A stretch of DNA of 64,000 nt from contig NC_043020.1 in the NCBI RefSeq assembly GCF_006345805.1, forward strand, positions 8,866,001-8,930,000, in the 5' to 3' direction. This document shows, piece by piece, positions 37,869 through 50,429 of this stretch (the first letter of the stretch is position 1; every line of letters begins with the position of its first letter). Source of the stretch: Octopus sinensis (Eukaryota). Position numbers and translations under genes: made by a program. The notes beneath the pieces were generated by a model that was given only the letters and a program-made list of their open reading frames with translations, had not been told where the DNA came from and did no database searches.

Positions 37869-38156
37869 CTGATGTTTGTTGTGAACTCAGCTGTCATTAG
37901 ATTGCTGTTATTTTGTGCATCTGTGTATAAAGACCAGTTGTGTTTTGCAGGGTTGCTTTATTTTTAACCTTAACTTGGAAATGGGGAAAGACGTAGTGCT
38001 AGATATTAAAAAATAAGCCATTTGGGGCTAGAATTATTGCGAAAAAACGTGAAATTCTTCAAGCAGGCACATGTCTTATGTGAAGTCTGTGATGACCTGG
38101 AGTTGCCTCTGATACATACATAGTTAAACATTATATATATATATATAAACATATAT

Positions 38157-38292
38157 AGGTTAGGAAGGGCATCCAGCCGTAGAAACACTGCCAGATCAGA
38201 CTGGGCCTGATGCAGCCTTCTGGCTTCACAGACCCCAGTTGAACCATCCAACCCATGCTAGCATGGAAAGCGGACGCTAAATGATGATGATA
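38157..38292 (+). mobile_element. Family D, short 3' fragment
   Basis: Consensus match. Confidence 0.85.
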
Positions 38293-38943
38293 TGTACGCA
38301 CAAACATATCATCCTTATTCAATGCCCAGTTTCCATACTGGCAAGTGTTGGACTGCTTACCAATAACTGATGAATCGAAAAGCTGCATCAGATTCCAAAG
38401 TTCGTTTTAGTATGGTTTCTATGGCTGGATGCCCTTCCCAATGCTAACCACTTTACAGAGCGTACTGGGTGGTTTTGTAATGCCACCAACATGATTGCAG
38501 ATTGCCTTGCAACTTGAAAGCTCAGGGCCCAAGCTGCTCCCTCTATAACAGAGGGAGGCCAGAGGAGAGAATAGATTTAAGGCAGCAGAATGGTAAGATG
38601 AGAGGAATGAGTTTATAGTCGAGATAGTGTGATGGTGAGGAGAGTAGCAGGCAGTTAAGTGGGAGTGAGAGAATGGCAAGAATAGAGTAAAGGAAGGAAA
38701 TAGTGACAGGGGTTTACCGAGAAGGGAGGAGGAAAATCGCGTGCGTTTGCGAAGGGCAATCCAACATTATAGAAAGTGTGCAAGGCTATGGTCAGCAAGA
38801 GAAGCGATACACTAGGGTGAAGAGAAATCTTGAGAGAATAACTGCAGAAAACAGGTGTGGGGGGGAGAGGCTGGAGTGGCAAAGAGAAGGGATGTCGAGG
38901 AGGCAAAGCAGCTGTGGTGGGAGGAGCAGTAATATCCATACAA

Positions 38944-38974
<31 letters not shown>

Positions 38975-39164
38975 CAGTATACGCAATTGGGGCAGCAATT
39001 TACATATCGACAGAGAACGTACATTATATATACACACACGCAAGCGCAAATATACGTACACATATGTATGTACATATACATGCACGTATATATCTACATG
39101 TACACATAAACATATATACACATACACACATGTATAAATATCTATACACATTTGGGCAATCTTT

Positions 39165-39409
39165 CGTCTCTAGTAGACCTTTCCGTCGATTTCCGTAAAA
39201 AGATTTTTTTTTTTTACATATGGGCTTGCGGGAACTTTTGAAGTAATGAGAGCGAAAGAGACTAAGAGAAAGCGATTGTATGACGGGGGAAGTTCTTTTG
39301 AAGTTACCGTGCATGGGAAGCATTGATGTACATGTGTGTGTGTGTTTGATGGGGTGTGGGAGACAGACAGTTTTTTTACGGAAATCGACGGAAAGGTCTA
39401 CTAGAGACG
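39165..39409. repeat. Perfect 37-bp inverted repeats around a 171-bp interior
   Basis: CGTCTCTAGTAGACCTTTCCGTCGATTTCCGTAAAAA (39165-39201) and its reverse complement (39373-39409). Confidence 0.95.
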
Positions 39410-39941
39410 TATCTATATATACAGACATTTCTATACGTGCTACATATACATATATACATACAATCCATATTACATACATACGTACACTTCCATACATGTA
39501 TACGCATATACCTATCTATACTTATACTCGAACTCATAAATTCGATGTTTTTTTTCTTTTTCCTTTTTACGAACGGACACGTATAATATGAATGCTCTAA
39601 GGGTCGGAAATATACACTCAAAAAGCTATATATACATATAAGAATTTTGACATGTATGTTTAAATATATATATATAGCCATTTGTGTGTTCTTTTGACCC
39701 TTAAAAGCTTGTATTTTTTGTACGTGTATATACACGTAATTATATATATATGTATATATATAAAAATAGTAATGCAATATCTACATGTACACATAAACGT
39801 AAATACACATACAGGCATGTATAAATATCTATACACATTTGTATATACACATCTATCTATATATACAGACATTTCTATACGTGCTACATATACGTAGATT
39901 TATATACATACAATCCATATTACATACGGACGTACACTTCC

Positions 39942-39988
<47 letters not shown>

Positions 39989-40378
39989 TTGTGTGTGTAT
40001 ACATGAAAGGAGAGCTAAAATAAAATAAACACAAACTAAGGGAGATAAGAGATTTTTAAAGATTTGGTATTTATACGCATTCTACATACATATAAATATA
40101 TATATACACACACACACACACAGGGTAATGTATTTAGAAGTGTGTGTGTGTCTGTATGTCGAGTTAATAGGCTGACTGAAATAGAAAAAGGCAACAAGAA
40201 GAAATGATGAAGGTTTGAGTGTGTGTGCGTGTGTATAGTTAACGATATATATATAGAGAAAAAAAAGCAACGTATATATCGTTTATACATACATTCACAG
40301 AACGACGACCAACGTATATACACACACGCTATATATATACGATGTCAATGGTCATCTTCGAACCAGAAGGACGAACAT

Positions 40379-40412
<34 letters not shown>

Positions 40413-40498
40413 GTATATATACATCCATACATATATATCTGTATATATACATCCATACGATACTTTATTAGATATACATAAAACTTAAGGTATATATA

Positions 40499-40534
<36 letters not shown>

Positions 40535-40748
40535 CGCATAACCCTTATATCAGAAGTACGTATATGATAATCAGGATGATTCATAACTAAAGTTTTAGCG
40601 TAACCAGTTGGTCTATGTATATTTATATACACATGTATATATAATATACAAATAGATACATTTATATACACGTATATATACACACACACATATGCTTTAA
40701 TATATCTATATCTGTTTACTGTGCATGTGTGTGTATCTATATATATAT

Positions 40749-40783
<35 letters not shown>

Positions 40784-41127
40784 TATATGAATTAATAAAT
40801 TTACATGACAGTTCATTGTGTATATACATACGCAATATATATATACCTATGTACATAACCACTTATCTTTCTATACACGTATATATACACACACACATAT
40901 GCTTTAACATACCTATATGTTTACTGCGTATGTGTGCGTATATATATATATATATATGAATTAATAAATTTACATGACAGTTCATTGTGTATATACATAC
41001 GCAATGTATATATATAGACACGAAACTTTTTCATTGGACAATGTGTGTATATATATGTATATAACCACTTATCTTTCTATAGTTATATATAAACTATAGA
41101 TATAAACACACAAGTGTTTATACACAC

Positions 41128-41183
<56 letters not shown>

Positions 41184-41303
41184 TAGTACATATATGTGTG
41201 TATATATATACTGACAGACATGCGTATATACATAGTTAACACAGTTTTATAAAAGAGAGGTGTGGGGGGTAAACAAGAAAGATGTTGAATTAGAATTGAA
41301 TTA

Positions 41304-41312
41304 AAAGGATAC
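41304..41312 (-). promoter_or_regulatory. U12-type (minor spliceosome) 5' splice site of UBE2H intron 1
   Basis: Minus strand AAACT|GTATCCTTTT, an exact match to the U12 donor consensus RTATCCTTT. Confidence 0.88.
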
Positions 41313-41365
41313 AGTTTAATCACATCGGTGTCCATCCGTCTCTTGCCTGGACTAGGCGACGACAT
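41313..41365 (-). CDS. UBE2H: First coding exon of ubiquitin-conjugating enzyme E2 H (MSSPSPGKRRMDTDVIK+CT; 53 nt, phase-2 intron follows)
   Basis: ATG at 41365 reads MSSPSPGKRRMDTDVIKL, matching from memory the UBE2H N-terminus MSSPSPGKRRMDTDVVKL. Start context CCAACATG; exon followed directly by GTATCCTTT. Confidence 0.93.
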
Positions 41366-41660
41366 GTTGGAGTTAGAAATCCGTGGTGTGTCCCGAAATG
41401 TTTGGTTTACTACTTCCTCCAGTAGCAGCAGCAGCAGTAGTCAGCGCAGCAGCAGTAGTAGTTATACCACCGCTACCACCACCACCATCTATCTACTTCT
41501 TCTTCTTCACCACTACAACAACGGCTACACCTCCGCTGCCGCCCGCCGCCACCTCCTCAACTGGTACGCACCTCCACTGCTCGTCCACTGCAGAAGCAGC
41601 CACCGTCGCAGCAGAGCAGCAGTAGTACTACGTCTACTACTGCTGGCGCTGCTGCCAACA
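41366..41660 (-). other. Probable UBE2H 5' UTR / CpG-enriched low-complexity region
   Basis: Directly upstream of the ATG; CpG- and GC-enriched relative to the window; TSS not identifiable. Confidence 0.45.
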
Positions 41661-42273
41661 ACCACCAACCATGTACTATATATATATATATATAATATAT
41701 ATATATTATATATATTATATATATTACTATATCCTCTACTATGTTATATATATATTCAACAATAACACAGATTGCTTGGTTTGCGTTTGTTGTTGTTGTG
41801 TTTTAAATGTTCTTCTGGTTGTTGTTGCCGTCGTTAATCAAAATCCTGAACTCAAACCGTAACCTACGACAATAAAAAAAAGGAAAAAGGAAAAAATAAT
41901 TAATTGTAGATTTCAAACTGGTCAGTCACGGTTTCAAACGGAGTACAGGGCATATCATGGGGGTAATATTTAAGTAATATTAATATATATATATAACAAT
42001 AATAATGATAGCAAGGGGGCATAAAATGTGTACTTGGTTAAATCGACCCCCCAGCGTTTTACTGGAACTAGTACAACAATTAACTAATTAATTAACAATG
42101 GTAAGAATAACGTCGATGATGGCACGAGAGTGATAAGAATTGTTAATTGCCTGTGCTAGGAATCGAAACCCTACAGACAACGTTCTGGTGGTGGTCGTCG
42201 TTTTACCTCACGACGTTATTAACGTTTGATTTGTGTTTACATCTGAGCAGTTGTGTAGCTGTATGTGTATATA

Positions 42274-42315
<42 letters not shown>

Positions 42316-42839
42316 AGAGTGGGAGGGATTACCCCGCTGCCACCACCATCACTAGCGTAAGAAGCAATGAGTAGCAGTGGTAGTAGTAAGAAAATTACTT
42401 AACGGTAAGTGAAGAGGGCGATGGTGGCGATGATGAGGCGTAGCAGAAAGAGAGAGAGAGAGAGAAAGAAAAAAAGACGAAGGCGAGACAAACTGGGTGG
42501 ATTAAATTATCATCATCATTATCATTATCATTACTATTAATTATTATTGTTGTTATCAATAATGATTATAATTAAGTTCTTGGGAGATGGCTGCAAATGT
42601 TGTTGATATTGTTCTTGATGACGTTGATGTTGATGTTATTGTTATTATTATTTGCAATGACTAGCAGGGTTGGCTGGTTTGTTGGTGGGTTGGTAGGTAG
42701 GTAGATTGCTGGTTGTATTATGTTACCGTTGTTGTTGTTGTTGTTGCTATTGTGATGGTTGGTGGTAGAATTTACAGGATGGCTGGGTAGCTAACTGGCT
42801 AGCTGGTTCGTCAGTTGGTCTTCACTGTCAGCGCTACAT

Positions 42840-43084
42840 ATATATATAATATATAATCACAACATTTATATATATATATATATATATATGTGTGAGTGGT
42901 ATATATATATGTGTGTATATATATATAGGTGTGTGTGTGTATATATATGTGTGTGTATATATATATTATATATATATTTGTATATATATGTGTATATATA
43001 TTATATATGTATATATATATGTGTGTGTGTGTATATATATATGTGTGTATATATATATTATATATATATGTATATATATATATA

Positions 43085-43126
<42 letters not shown>

Positions 43127-43196
43127 GTGTGTATAATATATGTGTGTGTATATAATATATAGATATAATATATTATAATATATAATATGTGTGTAT

Positions 43197-43230
<34 letters not shown>

Positions 43231-43276
43231 GTTGTGTGTATATATATATATATATATATACATCACGCTTTTGCTT

Positions 43277-43312
<36 letters not shown>

Positions 43313-43320
43313 AGATGTGA
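42840..43320. repeat. (TA/TG)n compound microsatellite
   Basis: Direct observation. Confidence 0.95.
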
Positions 43321-44755
43321 TGTTATACTGTTGTGACATTGGCGACATGGTGCTAAATAGTAGAGGGGTAAAAACGTCTGACGGTATGGTATGGTAACTG
43401 GACGTAATATACAATAATAATGATGATGATAATAATAACAACAGTGACAATATTATAACACATGAAAAACAATAACAATAATGATAATAACAGAAACGGT
43501 GTTGTTGGCGGTGGTGGTGGTGGTGACTCGTAGCAGTTGTTTTTGTTGTTATTGTCGCGTCGCTGGTAATTGTATGATGGTAACAGAATGTTTAAGATTA
43601 ACTCCTTCTCCGTTTGTCTCCTCCTCCTCCTCTTCCTCCTACCCTCGCTTCTCCTCCTCCTCTTCCTCGTACTCCACTTAGGTAAGTAAAGACGTTGTTG
43701 TGATTATCACGACGATGATAATAATGATGATGGTGGTGGTGATGGTGTTGTTGGTGACGGTGGTGGTGGTGGCGATGACGGAAGGTTTAGCTGACAACTG
43801 AACAACATTACATCCGAACTAAAACAAGCTGCGAGTGGAGTGGAGTGTAGAGTAGAAAGTGGAGTGTAAGTTGGAGTAGAAGTGGAATGAGGTGAGTGTA
43901 AGACAAAATAATAACAGAGCAAGATAGGTAAGCGTGTGTGCACATATATATACATATATATATATATACACACACAAATAATGAGGCGTTGAAACCAGCT
44001 TCGTTGTCAACAAAAAATAGAACTGCTAAATATCTTATTTACCTTTGCATATAATGTTGTGTGTGTGTATATATATATATACATATGTGAATGTGTGTGT
44101 GTGTATATATATGTGTGTGTGAATGTCTATGTATAAAGCCTTAGTGCAAATGACCTCTACTTGTTTTACCTTATTGTGGTGTAAAAAGCAGGCATGTGTA
44201 AGACGTGGTAATGTTCGCGATGGTGGTCTTGATGGTGTTATTGGTTTTAATGCATAAGTGTTAAACGGCGATGGTGGTGGTAATGTTAATGTCAGTGGTG
44301 TTCGTGGTATTGTTGTTGGTGTTGGTGGTGGTATTACCAGTGCGGGTGGCGGCGGAGGTGACGAGAATGTCGTCGTCGGGGGGGGATATTAGGGAGGAGT
44401 TGAACAAAAACATAGATTCCTATATAGAGAGAGCCACGTATTATTATATACGTCGATTTTTTTTTTCTTTTTACACGGACAGACACCAGTGTTTTGTGGC
44501 TTGTGTGAATAAATGGTTAACTAAAAAGTATAAAAAGAAATATATTTACTTCGTGGGTCTTTTTTTTTTTAGGTGGGGGTGCTTTTTTACAGGGGAAACT
44601 TCATAAACTGTCCAGGAACACTTCGACGTTGAGTGAGTCTACACACTGCAGTTACAATACATACATATATGTGTGTGTGTATAATGTATATATATATTCT
44701 ATGTGTCTACTAACTTCTACCTATCAAAATTATATATATATATATAATAATAGGA

Positions 44756-44791
<36 letters not shown>

Positions 44792-45599
44792 CACACACAA
44801 ATGTCTGTATATATGTGTGTTTATGTGTATATATATGTGTGTGTGTGTTATGCCTATATATTTATGTGTATATCTAACACATGGATCATTGTGTATGGTC
44901 TATACACAACACTGACTAGACATATGTTATTTCTTTAAGCTGGGAGATGTGAGAACTGCTATACGTGTATAATATATACAGGACACACACACAGACACAT
45001 ATGTTTGTATTTTTGTTCATATCTGTTCAGACAATGTGTAAATAAATGGTTGGTAGACAGCTGAAAACAAGACATTTGTGTATCACCAGGAATATTTTTT
45101 GAGTGTTGGGATACCTCTTAAAATACAGGGAGAAGAGAGACCAAAGTGTGTGTATATATATATTTATATATATGTGTGTGTGTGTAGATAACAGGAGAAA
45201 GTAATAGTTTGTATTTATATATGTATGGAGGGATAGCTAGTTACACAACAAAGAATATACATAATATGTATCTCTAAACAGATGTATGTATGGTGTGTGT
45301 TGCTGGTTTGTTGCGTTACATCAGAGTCGAGAAGAGAAAAGAGAGACTATGTATGGTCAAAGGAAAGAGAACAGTGTAATTAGGCAAGAAAAAAGGACAG
45401 CATGGAGCAAAAATAAAGAATAATAAGAATAATGGTAGCAATATAATAATAATATTAATAATAATAGGGTGATATAAACAAAGTGTAAACATACAAGAGC
45501 TGCTAACCGTAAAGTATTATAATACAGTACTTGTATGATCTTGCCTTGCTTTGTTTCACAGAGCGTGTGTTTACAGTGCGAAAAGGAAAACTACAGACT

Positions 45600-45980
45600 G
45601 AGAGGGAGAGAGAGAGGAATAGATAGATAGAGAGAGGGGTAAATGGATAGATAGATAGAGAGAGAGAGGGGTAAATAGATAGATAGATAGAGAGAGAGAG
45701 GGGTAAATAGATGGATAGAGAGGGAGAGAGAGAGAAAGAGATAGATAGAGAGAGAGAGGTAAATAGATAGAGAGAGAGAGGGGTAAATGGATAGATAGAG
45801 AGAGAGAGGTAAATAGATGGAGAGAGAGGTAAATAGAGGGAGAGAGAGGGAAATAGATAGAGAGAGAGAGGTAAATAGATGGATTGAGATTGATAGATAG
45901 ATCGATAGAGATTGATAGACACGCAGATAAATAGATAAACAGAGAGATATATAGACGGAAAGGTAGATAGATAGATATAA
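45600..45980. repeat. GA-rich minisatellite (gagagagagaggtaaatagata-like unit)
   Basis: Direct observation. Confidence 0.9.
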
Positions 45981-46259
45981 ACGGCAAGAGAGGAAAGAGA
46001 GAGCGGTGGTTGGATGGAGTAAATGTTAATTAAGGAACATAAACAGTGTTAATTGCTGGTGAAGAGAAGGGGTGGAGGTAGATGTTATTGGCAGCAAAAG
46101 AAGAAGAAACAGAACGCAAAGTGAAAAGGGGGTATCTAAGGGGAAACAGGGAGAAGTGTTTAGTTTGAAGTGGTGTTTATAAAGGCTGTACAAGCATGTA
46201 TGTATATGTATATGTAATAAAAAGGTTGGAAACATTTACTGAGAAAAACAACAACAGTG

Positions 46260-46320
46260 ATGGCTGCCGTCGTGCTGCTGTTTTGGTGACGTAGCTCACG
46301 TGACCCACACGGATCACGCC
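46260..46320. promoter_or_regulatory. CpG-containing motif cluster (TGACGT, TCACGTGAC)
   Basis: CRE-like half site next to an E-box in non-repeat DNA about 5 kb upstream of the UBE2H ATG; function not shown. Confidence 0.2.
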
Positions 46321-46609
46321 CTAATTCATACACACACACACACACACATACATATATATGTGCATACATACATATTTGTGTACATGTACATATAGATATA
46401 CACGCATACACACACACATAGATATGTGTGTGTGTACAAACATGTAGACATGTGCATACATATATATATTTGTATGTATGTGTGCGCGTGGTTATAGCCC
46501 TGTGTAACCTCGCTTTCTATACATACATGCACTGTTTGTTTATAATGTATAAATATGCATAAGCTATGCATGCACGGATATACGAATATATATATATATA
46601 TATATATAT

Positions 46610-46652
<43 letters not shown>

Positions 46653-46739
46653 TTAGTATAGCTATACGTGCATATACATGCATACATACATATATATCTG
46701 TATATATATATGTGTGTGCATGTCTATGTATATGTAGTA

Positions 46740-46778
<39 letters not shown>

Positions 46779-46940
46779 TGTATAGACACACATGTTTAAC
46801 AGAAGAAACAGTGACTCAAGGTCTTAGAGTTTCGTGCGTTGGCACCTAACAAATGGTTACAGGTCGAAAACCTGTGAGCTTATATAAGCTGGTAATAAAT
46901 ATATTTCTCTTCTACTTTTTCCTCTTTGCATCGACATACC

Positions 46941-47051
<111 letters not shown>

Positions 47052-47102
47052 GCATGTAGGTATCTGCGTACACCTGTCTACATGTATGTGTGTTTGCGAT
47101 TC

Positions 47103-47155
47103 CAGTTTGTGGTGCAATGGATAACGTTCCTGGCTACGAATCTCAGAGTTCGTAT
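47103..47155 (+). pseudogene. tRNA-Arg(ACG)-like 5' half relic or SINE head
   Basis: GTGGTGCAATGGATAACGTTCCTGGCTACGAATC resembles the D-arm and anticodon arm of tRNA-Arg(ACG); no intact T-arm or acceptor stem. Confidence 0.45.
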
Positions 47156-47476
47156 CTTGGACAACTCGTATCAATTTATTCACAGAAACTGTATATAAAG
47201 TATGGCATTTTAGCAATTAGTTCTTTGTAACACTTGGCGAGAGAATGAAGGGAGACAACATGTAAAGAGTAGACGTAAAAATAGGTGGTTGTTTATAAGG
47301 ATGGTGTGTTGCCAGTTTGGGGATGGTGCCTGTGATGAGCGAAGGAGTTCAACAGATAAGAGTAAGAGACAGAAATAGCAAAGATGTAAATAGAAATGTT
47401 TACGAACCAGTGTGGGAGCCACAACGTGGTCGTTCGATCAGCTAGAAATAGCAACCAAACGTCCCTAAAAACTATT

Positions 47477-47701
47477 CGAGGGTGTGCTGAAAAGTTCTTG
47501 GCTTTGGGTAAAAGAAAAAACGGGAGGGTCGGTTAATTATGATGTTATCGAGGCTTGTATATAGTCCCCTCTCAGGTTCACACACTTATTGCAGCGGTCC
47601 TTAAATTTTTTCTAAGCCCTGTAAAAAAAATTCGGAAGGTTGGGCCTCCAACTAGGCCTTTCGCAACACTCTTAAAGCCAAGAACTTTTCAATGCCCCTC
47701 G
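47477..47701. mobile_element. Mariner-derived MITE, same family as 17604-17819, opposite orientation
   Basis: TIRs CGAGGGTGTGCTGAAAAGTTCTTGGCT / CGAGGGGCATTGAAAAGTTCTTGGCT; minus interior reads GLEKFKDRCNKCVNLRGDYI, like a mariner C-terminus. Confidence 0.8.
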
Positions 47702-48479
47702 CATACTGCCACATTAAAACAGAACAAAATGGGAAAAAGTGAAGTCTGTCGTATGAAATATTGTCAAAGAAAATAAAATAATTGTTTGATAATTGTTGCG
47801 TGAATGCTTGTGATCAAAAGTTTTTGTCGACCCAGAACCAGACGACAATAATAACAACACTACATTCATTCATCATTGAATGCGCAATTTCTGAAAAGAA
47901 CAGAACAATAGAACGAGTCTCGATAAGAAACAGAATTCAGGTTTTTTTTTTTTTAATTTTTTTATGGAATTCAACAAAATACAGATATGACTGGAAGCCT
48001 AAGATGTTTGCTTCCCAGCTATTTAGTCTCAGGTTCAATTTCATTGTGCAGCACCTTGAACAAGAGCCATAGGCTAAGTAGTAACATGTAGCAGTACTCA
48101 GCATTTGAAACCCTGTCAGTTCAGTAAAGGGCAAAGGCCACAGCATATCAAGTTTCCGTAATTTGTGAAGACTGTGCTCATCATGTTTTCTTGGCCCATA
48201 TTTCAGCCTCTCAATGTCCAGGTGCGTTTGTGTGATGTCAAGGTTAATAGAAAATTCCATGCAGTTTCATACCGAATCATAGTTGTAAATCAAGATACAT
48301 GAGAAATCCAAGACAGAGGGTTCATGGCTGATGACTATGCTGCTCAGAGTTCATGTTAAAAAGATCACCTCTTGCCAAACATGAACATAATATTTTCACC
48401 TCTCAGCAGGCATTCAATCTCACACACATAGCTTCTGGTATTCAGTTGAACAGTTCTCTTTGTGAAGTAACAATTGTAA

Positions 48480-49190
48480 CATCAATCTGTAAATGTTAAT
48501 AAAATCTAAATATCATGATTTTCTTTTGCTTGTAAAGCAGCATGCAACCAAACCAAATATTCTAGCTCCCAACTAACCACCAGCACAACTTGATGTATTT
48601 TATTATGCATGGTCAGGCCACCAGCTACCTTGCAAATTAAACGACACTCCTTACAAATGTGCCACAGAAGACATGGCAGCAGAACCACCTCACAGACTGC
48701 TTGATTTCTCCCTGGTTCATGAGAGTTTAGGTGGTTGACTAATCCAGATCTTGAGAGATGATATCATCCACATTGACTCATTGTACTTCAGTTCCAGTTG
48801 GATTTCTGCAGACATTGCACACGAGTTCTGTTTACAGAGTGAATGCTTCAGGGCAAAATGCTCCTCTTGGCTTTTGCTCATAGACATCACATCTATTCTT
48901 GACAACCTTTCTCCTTGATGTCGAGAATAGATGTGATGTCTATGAGCAAAAGCCAAGAGGAGCATTTTGCCCTGAAGCATTCACTCTGTAAACAGAACTC
49001 AAGTGCCGATGCCTCCCAATTATCCCCGTCCATTTCCAAAGCTTTCAGATTGCTTTTTATCACATCCTTAAATTGCTTCCTTGCTTTATGCTGCAGCATT
49101 TTCCCTCTGGTCTATTCTCCCCAAAAATCTGTTTAAACATCCTTCTAGTTTCCATTTTGAAAACCTGACCAGCCCAACACATCTGACTCA
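48480..49190 (-). mobile_element. Decayed RTE LINE 3' end with C-terminal zinc-finger-like motifs
   Basis: WAGQVFKM...KARKQFKDVIKSNLKALEMDGDNWEASA, LSRSGLVNHLNSH, CKECRLICKVAGGLTMHNKIH. Confidence 0.8.
48823..49000. repeat. Perfect 77-bp inverted repeat with 24-bp spacer
   Basis: 48823-48899 is the exact reverse complement of 48924-49000. Confidence 0.95.
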
Positions 49191-49205
49191 AAATTGCGTG
49201 TATGT

Positions 49206-49375
49206 GTGAAGGTGCATGGCTTAGTGGTTAGGCTGTTGCACTCACAATTGCAAGATCGTGGGTTCGATTCCCAGACCAGACATTGCTTTGTGTTCTTGAG
49301 CAAAGCACTTCATTTCACATTGCTCTGCGATCGTTTCATCATCTGACATGTGGCACATGGTGCACCTGTACAGGT
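49206..49375 (+). mobile_element. SINE E
   Basis: Head plus CORE-like domain. Confidence 0.72.
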
Positions 49376-49494
49376 GTTGGCACAGAGTTAGTGCAGAAAC
49401 AGTTGTGACTGATCATTAAAGATGTGTTAAAGTCTTTCTTTGTTTTCTTATTTTGATCACACACACACACATATATATAAATAATAAATGATCC

Positions 49495-49805
49495 TCCGTG
49501 CCGGTGGCATGTAAAAAGCACCATCAGATCATGGCTGTTGCCAGCCTCGCCTGGTCCCCGTGCCAGTGGCACGTAAAAAGCTCCATCCGACCATGGCCGT
49601 TTGCCAGCCCCGTCTGGCACCTGTGCCGGTGGCACGTAAAAAGCACCCACTACACTCACAGAGTGGTTGGCATTAGGAAGGGCATCCAGCCGTAGAAACA
49701 CTGCCAGATTGGACTGGGCCTGGTGCAGCCTTCGGGCTTGCCAGACCCCAGTTGAACCGTCCAACCCATGCTAGCATGGAAAGCGGACGCTGACTGATGA
49801 TGATG
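49495..49805 (+). mobile_element. Family D
   Basis: Consensus match. Confidence 0.85.
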
Positions 49806-50086
49806 TTCATGCATATATGGGTACAAGATATCACCAACAGTGCAAATGACATGAAATATGTAAACAAACGAGGGAAAAACGACTGAAATACATAAACAAC
49901 AGGAAAATAATGGAAAGCAGGACAAGTAAACACAGAGAAAGGACTCTTCATCAATTGTCAGTTACCTATCTACTCCTCATTTCAAGCATTCAATGACAAC
50001 ATGTTGTCCTGTTGCCCATTTTTTTCTTGTTGCCTATGTATTTCATGTTATTTGCACCTTTGGTGACGTCCTGTACCCATATATGC

Positions 50087-50138
<52 letters not shown>

Positions 50139-50289
50139 TATTATCTTACTCATTGATGTGTACTGTTTTATTCTGTATTATTCTGTTTGATCTGGGTGTT
50201 CCTAAATAATTAGTTAATTAATTATATGAATTGGTATTATCTAGTAGTTGATGATTGATAGAAATCTATTCCTCCATTTTCTTATTTTG

Positions 50290-50328
<39 letters not shown>

Positions 50329-50429
50329 ATTATTTAATTGAACGTGATGCATCCATTTCCAAGTATGTGTGTGTGTATATATATATGCATATTCTGTTGT
50401 GTGTATGGAGAATCATAATGCCAATATTA

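Noticed and set aside
38365-38395. CTGATGA-ATC-GAAA as a hammerhead
   Set aside because: No stem I partner; CTGATG pairs with downstream CATCAG instead.
41328-41765. 145-aa plus-strand ORF overlapping UBE2H exon 1
   Set aside because: Antisense to a recognised exon and its UTR; made of trinucleotide low-complexity runs.
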